NCBI RefSeq assembly: GCF_006345805.1 | Contig: NC_042999.1 | Span: 36,642,001 to 36,706,000, forward strand | Reading direction: 5' to 3' | DNA length: 64,000 bases | Origin: Octopus sinensis | Taxonomy: Eukaryota | In this document: one piece after another, positions 1-13,000 of the stretch | Position numbering within the stretch: the first letter of the stretch is position 1 | Layout of the letters: each line of letters opens with the position of its first letter | Notes under the pieces: generated by a model | Databases searched by the model: none | Told to the model about the DNA's origin: nothing | Seen by the model: the letters and a program-made list of their open reading frames with translations, nothing else | Translations under genes and position numbers: made by a program

Positions 1-384
1 TCTACCTCTTCCACGGGTTCCCTCCACTGCTAGGGATTGATATATATAGAAAAATAGATATCATCATCATCATCATCATTTATCATCCATTGTCCATGCT
101 GTCATGGGTTGGATGGTTTGACCAGGGCTGGTATGCTGAGGGGCGGCACCAGACTCCAGTTTGATTTGGCATGGTTTCTACAGCTGGATATCCTTCCTTA
201 TGCTGACCACTCCAAGAGTGTAATAGGTACTTTCAAGTGCCACCAGCACGAGTGCCAGTTGCATGTCACCAGTATCTGTCATGACTACCGTTTCACTTGG
301 CTTGATGGTTGTATGAGGATTCTGCAGTTTCTTGCTAATCAACCTGCTCTGATGATTTGTTTATAGTGATCAAATATTTATATT

Positions 385-796
385 AGGCATAGGAGTGGCT
401 GTGTGGTAAGTAGCTTGCTTACGAACTACATGGTTCCAGGTTCAGTCCCACTGCATGGCACCTTGGGCAAGTGTCTTCTACTATAACCTCAGGCCGACCA
501 AAGCTTTGTGAGTGGATTTGGTAGACGGAAGCTGAAAGAAGCCCATGGTATATATGTATATATATATGTGTGTGTATGTGTATATGTTTGTGTGTCTGTG
601 TTTGTCCCTCCCCCCCCAACATCACTTGAGAACCGATTTTGATGTGTTTACATCCCCGTAACTTAGCTGTTCGGCAAAAAGAGACTGATAGACTAAGTAC
701 TAGGCTTACAAAGAATAGGTCCCGGGGTCAATTTGCTCGACTAAAAGGCGGTACTCCAGCATGGCCACAGTCAAATGACTGAAACAAGTAAAAGAG
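385..796 (+). mobile_element. tRNA-derived SINE, family A (about 400 bp, internal (TA)/(CA)n, gtaaaagag tail)
   Basis: Near-identical copies at 1023-1428(-), 22869-23320(-), 59173-59553(+), 60137-60527(-), 62998-63315(+), plus many older ones. Confidence 0.85.
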
Positions 797-1022
797 TTGT
801 ACATTAGCTCTCTTCCTCCATCAAATCGACATAGTCTGTACAAGTGCACTGAGCGCCACATGTCAAATGTCAAAGTGATCACAGAGTAAAATGAAATGAA
901 ATGTTTTGGTCAAGAACCCAATGCATTGCTTGATCCAGGGATCAGAAGCATGATCTTGCAATCATGAATGCAACATATTGACCACATGCCCTTCTCCCCA
1001 CACATCATCTGACATATATATA

Positions 1023-1428
1023 CTCTTTACTCTTTTACTTGTTTTCAGTCATTTGACTGCGGCCATGCTGGAGCACCGCCTTTAATCGAGCAACTCAACC
1101 CCGGGACTTATTCTTTGTAAGCCCAGTACTTATTCTATCGGTCTCTTTTGCCGAACCGCTAAGTGACGGGGACATAAACACACCAGCATCGGTTGTCAAG
1201 CAATGCTAGGGGGACAAACACAGACACACAAACATACATGCACACATATATATATACATATATACGATGGGCTTCTTTCAGTTTCCGTCTACCAAATCCA
1301 CTCACAAGGCTTTGGTCGGCCCGGGGCTATAGCAGAAGACACTTGCCCAAGGTGCCACGCAGTGGGACTGAACCCAGAACCATGTGGTTGGTAAGCAAGC
1401 TACTCACCACACAGCCACTCCTGCGCCT
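1023..1428 (-). mobile_element. SINE family A copy
   Basis: Reverse complement of 385-796. Confidence 0.85.
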
Positions 1429-1589
1429 ATGCCATATGTCTTTCTTTATATATACTGTAAGATGTGATATGCATGTCATATGACATGCTGTATGACATAC
1501 ATGCATGTGATTGATATACTGCCTGATTTATATACTTATAGGACTTAGATTATATATTCTGAGCTTTATTAGATAATAATACTTGTGAG

Positions 1590-1915
1590 CATGATGACTA
1601 GTAATGGTGATGATAATGGAGGTGTTGGTGGTGGAAATAGTTGTGGTGGGAGTGATAAGGATGACACTCATAGTGGAAGTTGTAGACTGGTGATAATGAT
1701 AGTGATAGTGGAAGTGGTGGTGGTGTTGATGATATGATTATGATGATGATAGTGACATGGTGGTGCTTGTGGTGTAATCTTGATGGTGAGAGTGGTGATG
1801 GCGATCATCATCATGATAGTAGTGGTGAGGGGAGTGTGTTGACGGTGGTGGTGGTGGTGGTAATGATTATCGTGATTATGATGGTGGTGATGACAATGGT
1901 AATAGTGGATCCCTG
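1590..1915. repeat. Degenerate (GGT/GAT)n trinucleotide tract
   Basis: Visible simple repeat; similar tracts at about 3740-3865, 4930-5010 and 35515-35590. Confidence 0.85.
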
Positions 1916-1918
1916 AGA

Positions 1919-2240
1919 TGGTGGCACGTAAAAGCACCATCTGAACATGGCCGATGCCAGCGCCGCCTAGACTGGCTTCCGTGCCGGTGGCACGTAAAAT
2001 GCACCAATCCGATTGTGGCCATTGCCAGCCTTGCCTGGCACCTGTGCAGGTGGCACGTAAAAAGCACCCACTACACTCACGGAGTGGTTGGCGTTAGGAA
2101 GGGCATCCAGCTGTAGAAACACTGCCAGATCAGACTGGAGCCTGGTGCGGCCTTCTGGCTTCCCAGATCCCTGGTCGAACTGTCCAACCCAGGCTAGCAT
2201 GGAGAACGGACGTTAAACGATGATGATGATGATGATGATG
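1919..2240 (+). mobile_element. 5'-truncated RTE-type LINE 3' UTR with (GAT)n tail
   Basis: Same sequence as the element at 29365-30228, which also retains the ORF C-terminus. Confidence 0.8.
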
Positions 2241-2583
2241 ACAATAGTAGTAGTGATGATGATGCTTGTGAGGTTGGAATGACCATAGATTCAGAAAGAA
2301 ATTTTGCATGGCAAAATGAAACTACTTTTATTCCTCAGACAGGGAGAGGAGAGGGTTGATGGGGTTGGGTCTCCCTAAAATTCAAGCTGATGGTGGTACC
2401 AGTGAGGTGTTTCTCTTCTTTCTTTTTTTTATAGGCATGGTTGTGTGATTAGTAAGTTTGCTTTTCAACTACATGGTTTTGGGTTCAATACCACTGTGTG
2501 GCAAACTGGGCACATGTTTTCTACTACAGCCCTAGGCCAACAAAGCTTTGTGAGTGGATCTCATTGATGAAACTGAACAAAGT

Positions 2584-2633
<50 letters not shown>

Positions 2634-3457
2634 ATATATATACATGCACACACACACATACATATGTACATATATATGTATGTGTGTGTATGTGATTGCT
2701 TGTTTATGTTCCCCTTGTCTTGGCATCCTGTAATGTTGTAAATGAATGTCATTCATTTCCAATATTCTGCAAAAACATGTCTGGCCATGGGGAAATATTA
2801 TATTGCTTGGAATCAGCTAATGGTTGGCAACAGGAAGGGCATCTGACCATAGAAAATTTGTCTCAATAAATCCCATCCAACCCATGCAAGCATGGAAAAG
2901 TGGATATTAAAATGACAATGAGGAAGATATAGGTGCCTCTCAGTCATCCCTAGACTCCTTGGACCATGGATCAACATACCTATTTCTTTATTACCCACAA
3001 GGGGCTAAACATAGAGGGGACAAACAAGGAAAGACATAGGTATTAAGTCGATTACATCGACCCCAGTACGTAACTGACACTTAATTTATCGACCCCGAAA
3101 GGATGAAAGGCAAAGTCGACCTCGGCGGAATTTGAACTCACAACGTAGTGACAGACGAAATACGGCTACGCATTTCGCCTGGCGTGCTAACATTTCTGCC
3201 AGCTACCAACTGACCCTACTCCCCTTATTGGCCATGGAGATGATGATGATGATTGCAGCAGTATGAGTAATAGCATTTTAACCCTTGATCAATTTTGATT
3301 ATGCATACTTATTAAAGCATTCCACCCATTACTATACATCTTACTTTCATGGATAGTGTATCTAGGACTACATTATCCCAGGTGTCATTTTTATTATGAT
3401 AGCCTTTTTTGAGTAGAATTTGACTGATCTTTCTAACAAGTCAAGGCATCACATATA

Positions 3458-3686
3458 TATTTCTTTACTACCCACAAGGGGCTAAACACAGAGGGGACAA
3501 ACAAGGACAGACAAATGGATTAAGTCGATTACATCGACCCCAGTAAACTGGCACTTAATTTATCGACCCCGAAAGGATGAAAGGCAAAGTCAACCATGGC
3601 GGAATTTGAACTCACAACGTAACGGCAGACGAAATACGACTAGGCATTTCGCCCGGTGTGCTAATGTTTCTGCCAGCTCGCCGCCC
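3458..3686 (-). mobile_element. SINE family B (about 230 bp) with 17-bp target-site duplication
   Basis: TSD tcaaggcatcacatata at 3441-3457 and 3687-3703; A/B-box-like head. Confidence 0.85.
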
Positions 3687-3942
3687 TCAAGGCATCACAT
3701 ATAGCTATACCACTACTTTTGGTTCACAGTACTGATATTAGTGATGGCAATGATGATGATGATAGGTGGTGATAAGGATTACAGTGGTGGTGGTAGTGGT
3801 AGTAAGATGGCGGTGGTTATTTGTGGTGATAGTTAGGGTAATGGTCGTGGTGGTGGTGGTGGTATGGTATGTGTAAATATTGAATGACTGAATGAATCAG
3901 TGATAATATAACTTCTATCTTATCTCCTTTATTTTTCTTCAG

Positions 3943-4031
3943 ACATGGAACACGATGTGCTGGAGAAGTAGCTGCTGAAGCAGGTAACAATATTTGTGGG
4001 ATTGGTGTAGCGTATAATGCACGTATAGGAG
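3943..4031 (+). CDS. Convertase exon with catalytic His ([29 protein letters not shown])
   Basis: ttcttcag acceptor, G|gtaag donor, 89 nt, phase 2 to phase 1. Confidence 0.96.
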
Positions 4032-7000
4032 GTAAGATTATTTTCTGTTTTCGCTATATCTTGTTATCTCTCTAATTATCTCATTAGTTTTCTCCCTTTT
4101 CAGTCATCCACCATCTCATCTCAGCCTGCTTCTGTAGATATCCGCGTGTCAGGTCAATCATCTAATCTTAATAAGATAAAATTTCTTTGTTGCTCTTGTT
4201 TTTTCCAATCAGTGTATCTAGGACTACATTTATTCAGTGTGTTCTTCCCTTTTTTTTGAGGTAGTTCATAGTTTGTAGTTAGATGTATAGGCAGGGACAT
4301 ATGGTAAGAAATTTATTTCCCAACCACATGGTTCAGGTTCAATCCCACTGCATGGCACCTTTGGCAAATGTCTTTCACTATAGCTCCAGATGAATCAAAG
4401 CCTTGTGAGTGAGTCCAGTAGAGAGAAACTGAAAGAAACCCATCATACACACACACACACATGAATGTATGTGTCTTTGGTTTGTGTTTGTGCCCCACAT
4501 CTGCTTGACAACCAGTGTTAGTTTGTTTATATTCCTGTAACTTAGCAGTTTGGCAAAAGTAGAATGATAGAATACACTCCCCTCAACTCCAAAGCTCTCA
4601 AACTGGAGCCTCACCACCAAATGCAGTTTAATGTCATACCCAGGGCAAGTTGCAGATGTGCTCTACTTACCATCGGTTACCACCAACAATTATTCTGTAC
4701 CAACCCACTTGACTTCAAATCACTACTGGTCACCCCCAGGCCCTCTCTATCCATCGCCTCCCTTACGTTCGGAACCTACCTACCCTACCATTAACCAATA
4801 ATCTACCCATATCTCTCTATTGTATTCCATACTGAAGTTATTATTTTCCAAGTCATATTGTTCCATTGTTTGGAGAACAATTCTGATTTTTAAAATATCT
4901 CAGTTATGTAGTTAAACTTGTGTGTAGATGTTAGTGGTGGTGGTGGTGGTGGTGGTAGCAGCAACAATGATAGTGTCAGTGATTGGTGATGGTGGTAGTG
5001 ATGGTGTCTTTGTTATTGTTGTTAATAGTGCTGCTGATGCTTTTGTTGTCCAGTTATTTATGTTTACATTTTTGAACAACTGGTGTGGTAAGAAGATTGC
5101 TTCCTAATCACGTTTCTGGTTTCAGTCCCACTGTGTGACATTGTATATATATATATATATATATATTTAAGGCGGCGAGCTGGCAGAAACGTTAGCGTGC
5201 CGGGCGAAATGCTTAGCGGTATTTCGTCTGTCGTTACGTTCTGAGTTCAAATTCCGCCAAGGTCAACTTTACCTTTTGTCCTTTCGGGGTTGATAAAGTA
5301 CCAGTTTCACACTGGGGTTGATGTAATCGACTTACTTCCTTTGTCTGTCCTTGTTTGTCACCTCTATGTTTAGCCCCTTGTGGGCAGTAAAGAAATATAT
5401 ATATATGTGTGTATGTGTATTCATGTATGTTTTGGGGTTTGTGTTTGCCTCCCCCCACCATCGCTTGACAACTGATGCTGGTGTGTTTACTCTCTGTAAC
5501 TTAGCAGTTCAGCAAAAGAGACCAATAGAATAAGTACTAGGCTTACAAAGAATGAGTCTTGGAATTGATTTCTTTGACAAAAAAATCCATTAAGGCAGTG
5601 CTGCAGCATGGCCACAGTCAAATGACTGAAACGCGTAAAAAGAATTTTAAAAAAAAGAATATATGCTAAATGCTTTTAATAATTTATTCACTGAATAGAA
5701 GAAAGTACTAGTCAAGTATGGTGTTGATTTAACTGACTCTATGTCTCCCCAAGTGGATGCACATGGCTTTGTGGTTAGGGTGTTGAACTCATGATCGTAG
5801 GGTTGTGGTTTCGATTCCTGAACCGGGCAATGCGTTGTGTTCTTGAGCAAAACACTTTATTTCACGTTGCTCCAGTCCACTCAGCTGGCAAAAATGAGTA
5901 ATCCTGCAACGGACCGGCGTCCCATCCAGGTGGGGAATTTCTACACCACTGAAACCGGGAAACCGGCCCTTATGAGCCTGGCATGGCTCAAGAAGGAACA
6001 TTTATTTTTTTTATTTATGTTTCCCCCAAAAATTTGTGGCTTTGTATCTATGTTTATAACCAATAATTAAGTCACCCACCTCGTCACCATCTTATTTCAA
6101 TGGTGTACTAAAGTTGTTGTTGTTGTTTAGTATGACAGTTTGGCCAACAGAGACTGCTAAAGTAGCGCTTGACTTAAAATAGATACTGGGGTCAACTGAC
6201 TGACTAAAACCTTCAAGGCAATGTCCCAACATAGCTAAAGTCCAGTGACTAAAGCCAGCAATAGAATAAAGGACAAGAGTACCTAGGACTACATTATTTA
6301 ATATATTCCTTTTTTTTTTAAGGTAGTATGGTGGGATTTGAGAAGTATTTGGCTGCTATTGATGGTGGGTCAAACAACTTGTAGAAGTCTTCACCCGCAC
6401 CTTTTGGAATTAGAAATGAAGTATTAATTTTGTGTGTTCCTCTTTCTTTTGAAAGGAAAAAAAGAAAAAAAATGTTTTCTCAGCAGCAATAAACTTATTC
6501 ATTGCCTGCTTATTGGGTTATCAAATCTTGCTGAAGAAATGTTTGTATTTTTGTTCTTAACTGTAATGTTTATAGATGTTGTCATTATCATCATTAACTC
6601 TTTTGATACCAACCCACCTGGAGCCACTCTTAGTTCTATGATACAAACATCTGGTTTTAAAATTATCTAAGTTAAAATCTTCCAGGTTAGTTTATGTTCC
6701 AAGCACAGTTTAATAATCCTTTCTACTAAATGCACAAGGCTTGAAATTTTGAGGGTGGGGACAAGTTGATTACATTGACCCCATTGTTTCACTGGTACTT
6801 AATTTATCAACCCTAAAAGGATGAAAGGCAAAGTTGACCTCAGCAGAATTTGAACTCAGAGCCTAAAGACAAATGAAATGCCACTAAGCATTTTACCCGG
6901 TGGGCTAATGATTCTGCCAGCTCACTGCCTTCAAAAAGTTTAATAATGACTGTTATACGAGTAAATTTTCCATTATTCATCATTTAACATCCATGTCCCA

Positions 7001-10000
7001 CACTAACATGGATAGGACAGTTTAATGGGATCTGATGGCTGTAAAGACTGCATCATGCTTCAGTGCCTGCTTTGGCATGATTTCTATTTCTGGTTGCCCT
7101 TCCTAATGTCAACCACTTCATAGCATGTACTAGGTGCTTTTGTTCATGCTACCAACACTATTGAGTCACCATACAGCTCACAAAACTATGAACTCTAAGG
7201 GAAGTGGGTCAGCTAATGTATACCAACTGACATTTACCTCTGTATTTACACTTAAGAGTTAATCATATCATGCAGAACCCAATATTTTTCATTGTGTAGT
7301 TTTAATAACACTTGCTTTATTATTATTTTATAGGTGTACGCATGTTGGATGGATTTGTAACCGATGCTGTAGAGGCGGCATCACTAAATCTGAACCCTCA
7401 GTATATAGATATATACTCTGCCAGTTGGGGCCCCGATGACAATGGGGAAGTTGTTGATGGACCAGGACCTCTCACGAGAGAAGCATTTGCTAGTGGGATT
7501 CAAAAGGTTAGTTTTATTCTCCAGTATTTTACTAAATTTAAATTCAGTTTGTTTGGGTTTTTTTGTTTTGTAATAGCACAGCAAGGTATAGATATGGCTG
7601 TGTGATTAAGAAGTTCACTGATTCTCAGGTTCAGTCCCATGTGTATGGACCTTGGACGAATGTCTTCTATATATATATATACACACACACACCTTATTTG
7701 TAAGTACATGTTGTCTATAGAAACTTCATGATACCTGACAATTATTTTCAAATCAATCTCTACTAAATGTCACCACTCTGTTCTATTTCATTTTTGTTTA
7801 CTGCCTGTGTTGCATACTACACGTTCTGTTTGCTTTTTGAAAAAAAAGAAACAAAGCATGTAATATGCAACACAGGCAGTAAACAAAAATGAAATAGAAG
7901 AGAGTGGTGATATTTAGTAGAGATGACCTAGAAGTTGTTGCTTTTCAATTACTATTGCAAACAGCACTAGCTTTCTTCAGCTGAGTACATGTCATTGATT
8001 GGTTAAAATTACTCAAATAAGAAAACTTTAACATGAAATAACTTCTAAAATACAAAATTTTGCCAAAAATGTTGAAAGTAAACTGTGTTCAGCGTGAGAA
8101 ATTACACTAGTATATGAAGTTTCAAACTGTTTAGTTAAAAAAAATAATAATTAAAAAATTTGTGAGCAAAACTGAAGAGATCCCTTGTATGCCAGCCAGA
8201 AAATACAGTATTCTTACACTAAATTGTAAAGAATTTTAATTTTCTTAAAAATATTTTAAACTAGGTTTGATATCAAATGTAATATGTAATGAAAGAAATT
8301 ATGAGAAATGGTTTACTTGATAACCTCTGATCATCTCTTTTCTAAAATAAAAGCTACATTGAATATTTAGTAATGACCCAGATACACTGACATTTATGTT
8401 GCTGATAACACTTCCCTACATTCTGGAACTTTTTCTTAAATGAAAGTGTGTGTTTATCTTGTAGATTTTGCAGTAGCTTTTCTAAATCTGTTACCATTCC
8501 CTTTCCATCCCACTCCCATGTTATTTTTGATTACATGACATTCTTAATCCTTTTGATACCAACCCAGCTGAGACTGCTCCTGGTTCTGTGACACAAACTT
8601 CCTGTTTTAAAATGGTCTAAATTAAGACATGCTAACAAAATATTATTTCGGTTTATGTTCCAAATACCAGCTTAATAATAACACTTATTTTATTAAATTC
8701 TTCATTATTTTCAAAATTTAAGTGAAACAAAAGTAGTTTAGTGTATTTCAACAGAAATATTGTAACATAAAAGTTACATAAATCGTTGCAATAAAAATAT
8801 ATTCACTTCAGAAATAAAAAAAGAAAAAGCAATAAACCTTAATTCATCATTACCATCAGCATCATTATTGTTTTTACATTGGATTGGGTTTATGCTGCCA
8901 CATGGTGGACAAATCATTGTATTCTATAGCTTGGTGCATTTTCTGTTGCCAACACTTATCTGATTTTCAAGTAAGTTATTTTTATTCCACTGATCTTGAA
9001 ACATCAAAACTAAACCATGTCACCCACTGGGTTACACTGATTCTCCCTGGCAATTACATTAGGGTTACGTTTGTTTTTGGAATACTCAACCACTTCACAT
9101 TTTAATACAATAAATGAAATAACCAAGAGGAAGTTATCCTCAGATCAGACTCTTACTCTGAAGGTTTGAAACAGATTGGATTCCAGTGAATGCATCTAAG
9201 AACTGTGTGGTGGTGTTAAAGCTGGCATTTGATTAAATCTGCCATCCATTCTTAAAGTTTATTTTCTAAGAAAGAAGAGCAATGTGGTGCCTATACTGAA
9301 CTGGAAAAAATTTTGGGAGATTAATACAGCAAAATGTTTTAATTAGACATATTTACGAAGAAAGTTCCAATGGTGTGCTGATTGTAGAAGACTAGCACAT
9401 TAAATAATTTAGTAACAAAATGTTTAGGAAAGAAATTCCAGCAGAGTTTTGAATTTGCAAGGAAGCTCTTAAGTGTCTAATAATGTCTGAGAGGAAGCAT
9501 AAAGGAATAAATGGTGAATATATATTAGGAATTAAGAGAATATACTACATCATCATTGACATCTTAACATCCACTTTTCCATGCTTGCATGGGTGAGATG
9601 GAATTCATTGAAGCAGATTTTGCCCTTCTTGTTTCCAACCTTTACCTGTTTCTAAGTAAGGTAATATTTCCCCATGACCAGACATGTTTTCACAGAGTAT
9701 TGGCAACAAAGGACAACACTTGCATTATGATGACACTCATTTGTAACTATCATGAAATGTCATGGCAAGGCGACTCACACTCATATTTATCTAATGGGCG
9801 TTTTTCAGTTTCCATCAACCAAATCCACTCACACGGCTTTAGTCAGCCCAGAGCTAAAGTAGAAGACACTTGCCCGAGGTACCTCACAGTGGGATTGAAC
9901 CCATGACCATATAGTTGCGAAACAAACCTCTTACCACACAACCACATGGAGTGAATGTATCTTCTAAGAATAGAAAACATTTGTAGAAACTACAAGATAA

Positions 10001-13000
10001 ATTGAATAAGAACAATTTTCCACTCTACCATTCTGTTTTCTTGTTTTATTTTGCAGGGAAGAGGTGGCTTAGGTAGTATCTTTGTCTGGGCGTCTGGTAA
10101 CGGAGGCTCTTATTATGATTCTTGCAATTGCGATGGATACACTAATAGCATCTACACCTTATCAATCAGTAGTACATCAAAAAATGGTGTAAAACCTTGG
10201 TATCTAGAAGAATGTGCTTCAACAGTCGCTTCTACTTACAGTAGTGGATCCTTCAATGAGCCGCAGATTGTGAGTTTGTCTTTTCTTTTTTCCTCATTTG
10301 AAAAATTGCACAACTGAGGAATTTTGTTTCTATACATTTCTGTTTTTGTTTGCCATATTTTTGTCATTCTGCATAATGTTTTTGTTATAAACAAGAAGGT
10401 AAGTTATTGACTGAAGCAAACAGTTAGGTGGTGGTGATGGTGGGGGCGTTTTTGTTGCTGCTGCTATTGTTGTTGTTGTTGTTGTTTGGCCACCAGTCAT
10501 CCATGATCACACAGGCCTATGATGTATAACTTTGACACAAGTATATCTAGGATTCCTTAATTATCTCTTCACCTGACCTGTGTGGAGGCACATGGCTCAG
10601 TGGTTAGAACTTTGGGCTCACAATCATGAGGTAGTGAGTTCAATCCCCAGACTAAGCCGTGTGTTGTGTTCTTGAGCAAGACACTTTGTTTCATGTTGCT
10701 CCAGTTCTCTGAGCTGTACAAAATGAGTAGCGATATCACTGGTGCCAAGCTGTATCGGCCCCTTTGCTTTTCCTTTGGATAACATTGGTGGCGTGGAGAG
10801 GGGAGGCTGATATGCATGGGTGACTGCTAGTCTTCCATAAACAATCTTGCCCAGACTTGTACCTTGGAGGGGAACTTTCTGGGTAGAATCCTATAGTCAT
10901 TCATGACCGAAAGATGACTTTTTTTTTTTTACCTGACCTGTGTATTACATATGATACACAGGACATATTTCCATGGTATCCATGCATCATATATAATACA
11001 TATTCCCAACTTTTTTTTAAACCACTGGAATAACTTGAGACCTATGAAAAGAAAGCTTTATATTATTCAGCCATAACATATATGAAACAAAAGATAAAAG
11101 TCAGAAAATAAGCATGGACATTTAGGATAAACTTATGAAAATGCTTTGGACAGGCAGAGATTTAATGCATATGTTTCCTTATTTGATTTGAGGGAGATTT
11201 ATCTATTATTTCTACCACATTGAGCAGACATATGAAGGCTCTCTCACTATTTTTTTAAGTGATTTATCTTGGCCCATAAAAAAATTGGTTCAACTTTTCC
11301 ATCTTTTTTTTTTTCTGATATATGCTATTTCTTCTATGCTTTCTGTTCATCAATTTGAGAAAATATCAAAATAGTGAAGAAAAAATCAAATACAATAATT
11401 TTTAATTGTTTAATTGCTAATAAGAAATATAATTTTTGGATTATTAACCTTATAACCTCATTAACTTTTTAATATTTGCTAACATTTAACCATTAAACCA
11501 ATTAAAATATTGTGTAGATGTAATTGTGAGAAAAATACTAATCTCTAAAGTTGAGTTAAATAGTTTGAATAACAAACTATAATCTTACAAACATGCGACG
11601 ATTTCATCTCAATCAAAGGAGAGGGGCTTTCTCCGTCCGGGTTGCGGATCCGTGGAATAAGCTGCCGGACGAGATAGTGAAGATGCCGATGACCGCTCAG
11701 TTCAAAGTCTCTCTTGACCAGAAATGGCCTGAACTCTTTGCATGAATACCCTCCCTGTACATAACTCCATGTCCCCCTACATGGCCTTGCTTTTTGCTTT
11801 TTGAGCCAAAAAATTAACTTAACTTAACTTAACTTTTAAATTTAATTTTTGAAGAATTATATTATTTAGTTTTAATTCCTCAAAAAGTAAACAACATCCC
11901 TGTCAGAAGATTAATGAAAGAATCATCACTCACATAGACTAGTGCCTTATGTAGACAAACTATATGAAACTGTGTGAGGGGCAGGTACCTCGCTTGGCCC
12001 TGCTTGAGATTCGAAACCAAATCCGCTCATTTGTTGCTTCTCAAACAAGCGTGAAATCCTTTGTGTTTATATCTCCACACCAGATAATTCATGGGAAACA
12101 CTTGACTTCCTGAGATCTTGCTGGTTATGGAAGGGTCAGTCCTTTGTTTAGGATTTCATCGACTTTCCTGGCCATAGACTATATAACAGAGGGCATTTCT
12201 CTCTCTACCCTCTTTGACTTTCTGTCAGCAACCAAAGAACACCTTTCAGCTGAATCGAAGGGACCAGGCAACCTTTACCCTTTCTTCCTCTCTGTCAGCA
12301 GAGTGCAATCCTTACTTTTTCTCTCTCTGTCAGCAGAATGCACAACTACAAACAGGCGAAACTTTGTCACTGTCAATTCTGAATAATTACTGTTATCTGT
12401 CTTACTAACAACTGCGGGCAAATAAATCTGTAAATATTATTCTGTATTCTTCAGTGTTCTTCTTTGCTTGGTATCGCCATTGTGAGAACTTTATGTCTTC
12501 ACTTCAACAGCAGTTACGTCAAAACACTACATATTTATACACACGTACACATATGTGGTTAAGTGTATGAATATTTATATTCTAAAGTGTTGCTTGTCAC
12601 TGTCACTAGCAAAGTAAAACAGTGATATGATGTCTACCTTCCTTGTTGATATTATGACTGTGACTGGTTGCTCTGTGCTTTCAAAACCTGTGAAATACCA
12701 AAAAATTCCCTTGCTTGAAAAACCGCTAAAGGTTGGTAATAAGAAGAGCATCTGGCCATGAAACCCTTCTTCAAAGAAATCCTTGTACGACCCATGCTAC
12801 CATTAAATGAACAAATGAATGAATAGACTGGTTATTGTTACACACTGTCCAAAATACATCATTTAATATTATTAATTGTAATTTTTTTTCATAAGCCTTC
12901 CTAATATTTGTTCTTGTCTTTTTCTTTAATTCTAGGTTACAATTGACCTCCGGAAAAAATGCACTTCTACACATACTGGTACATCTGCATCTGCACCTAT

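Noticed and set aside
419-1483. Recurrent 60-120 aa ORFs ([23 protein letters not shown]..., [19 protein letters not shown]...) here and at 23050, 51493, 59012 and 60343
   Set aside because: Translations of SINE family A and its microsatellite; they occur in all orientations, with no splice structure or protein homology.
1668-1940. His/Thr-rich ORF and the opposite Val/Met-rich ORF
   Set aside because: Products of a (GGT/GAT)n simple repeat.
1967-2200. MLAWVG...[26 protein letters not shown] repeated at 29409, 49979 and 61576
   Set aside because: Antisense reading of the RTE 3' UTR; conservation reflects young repeat copies, not a gene family.
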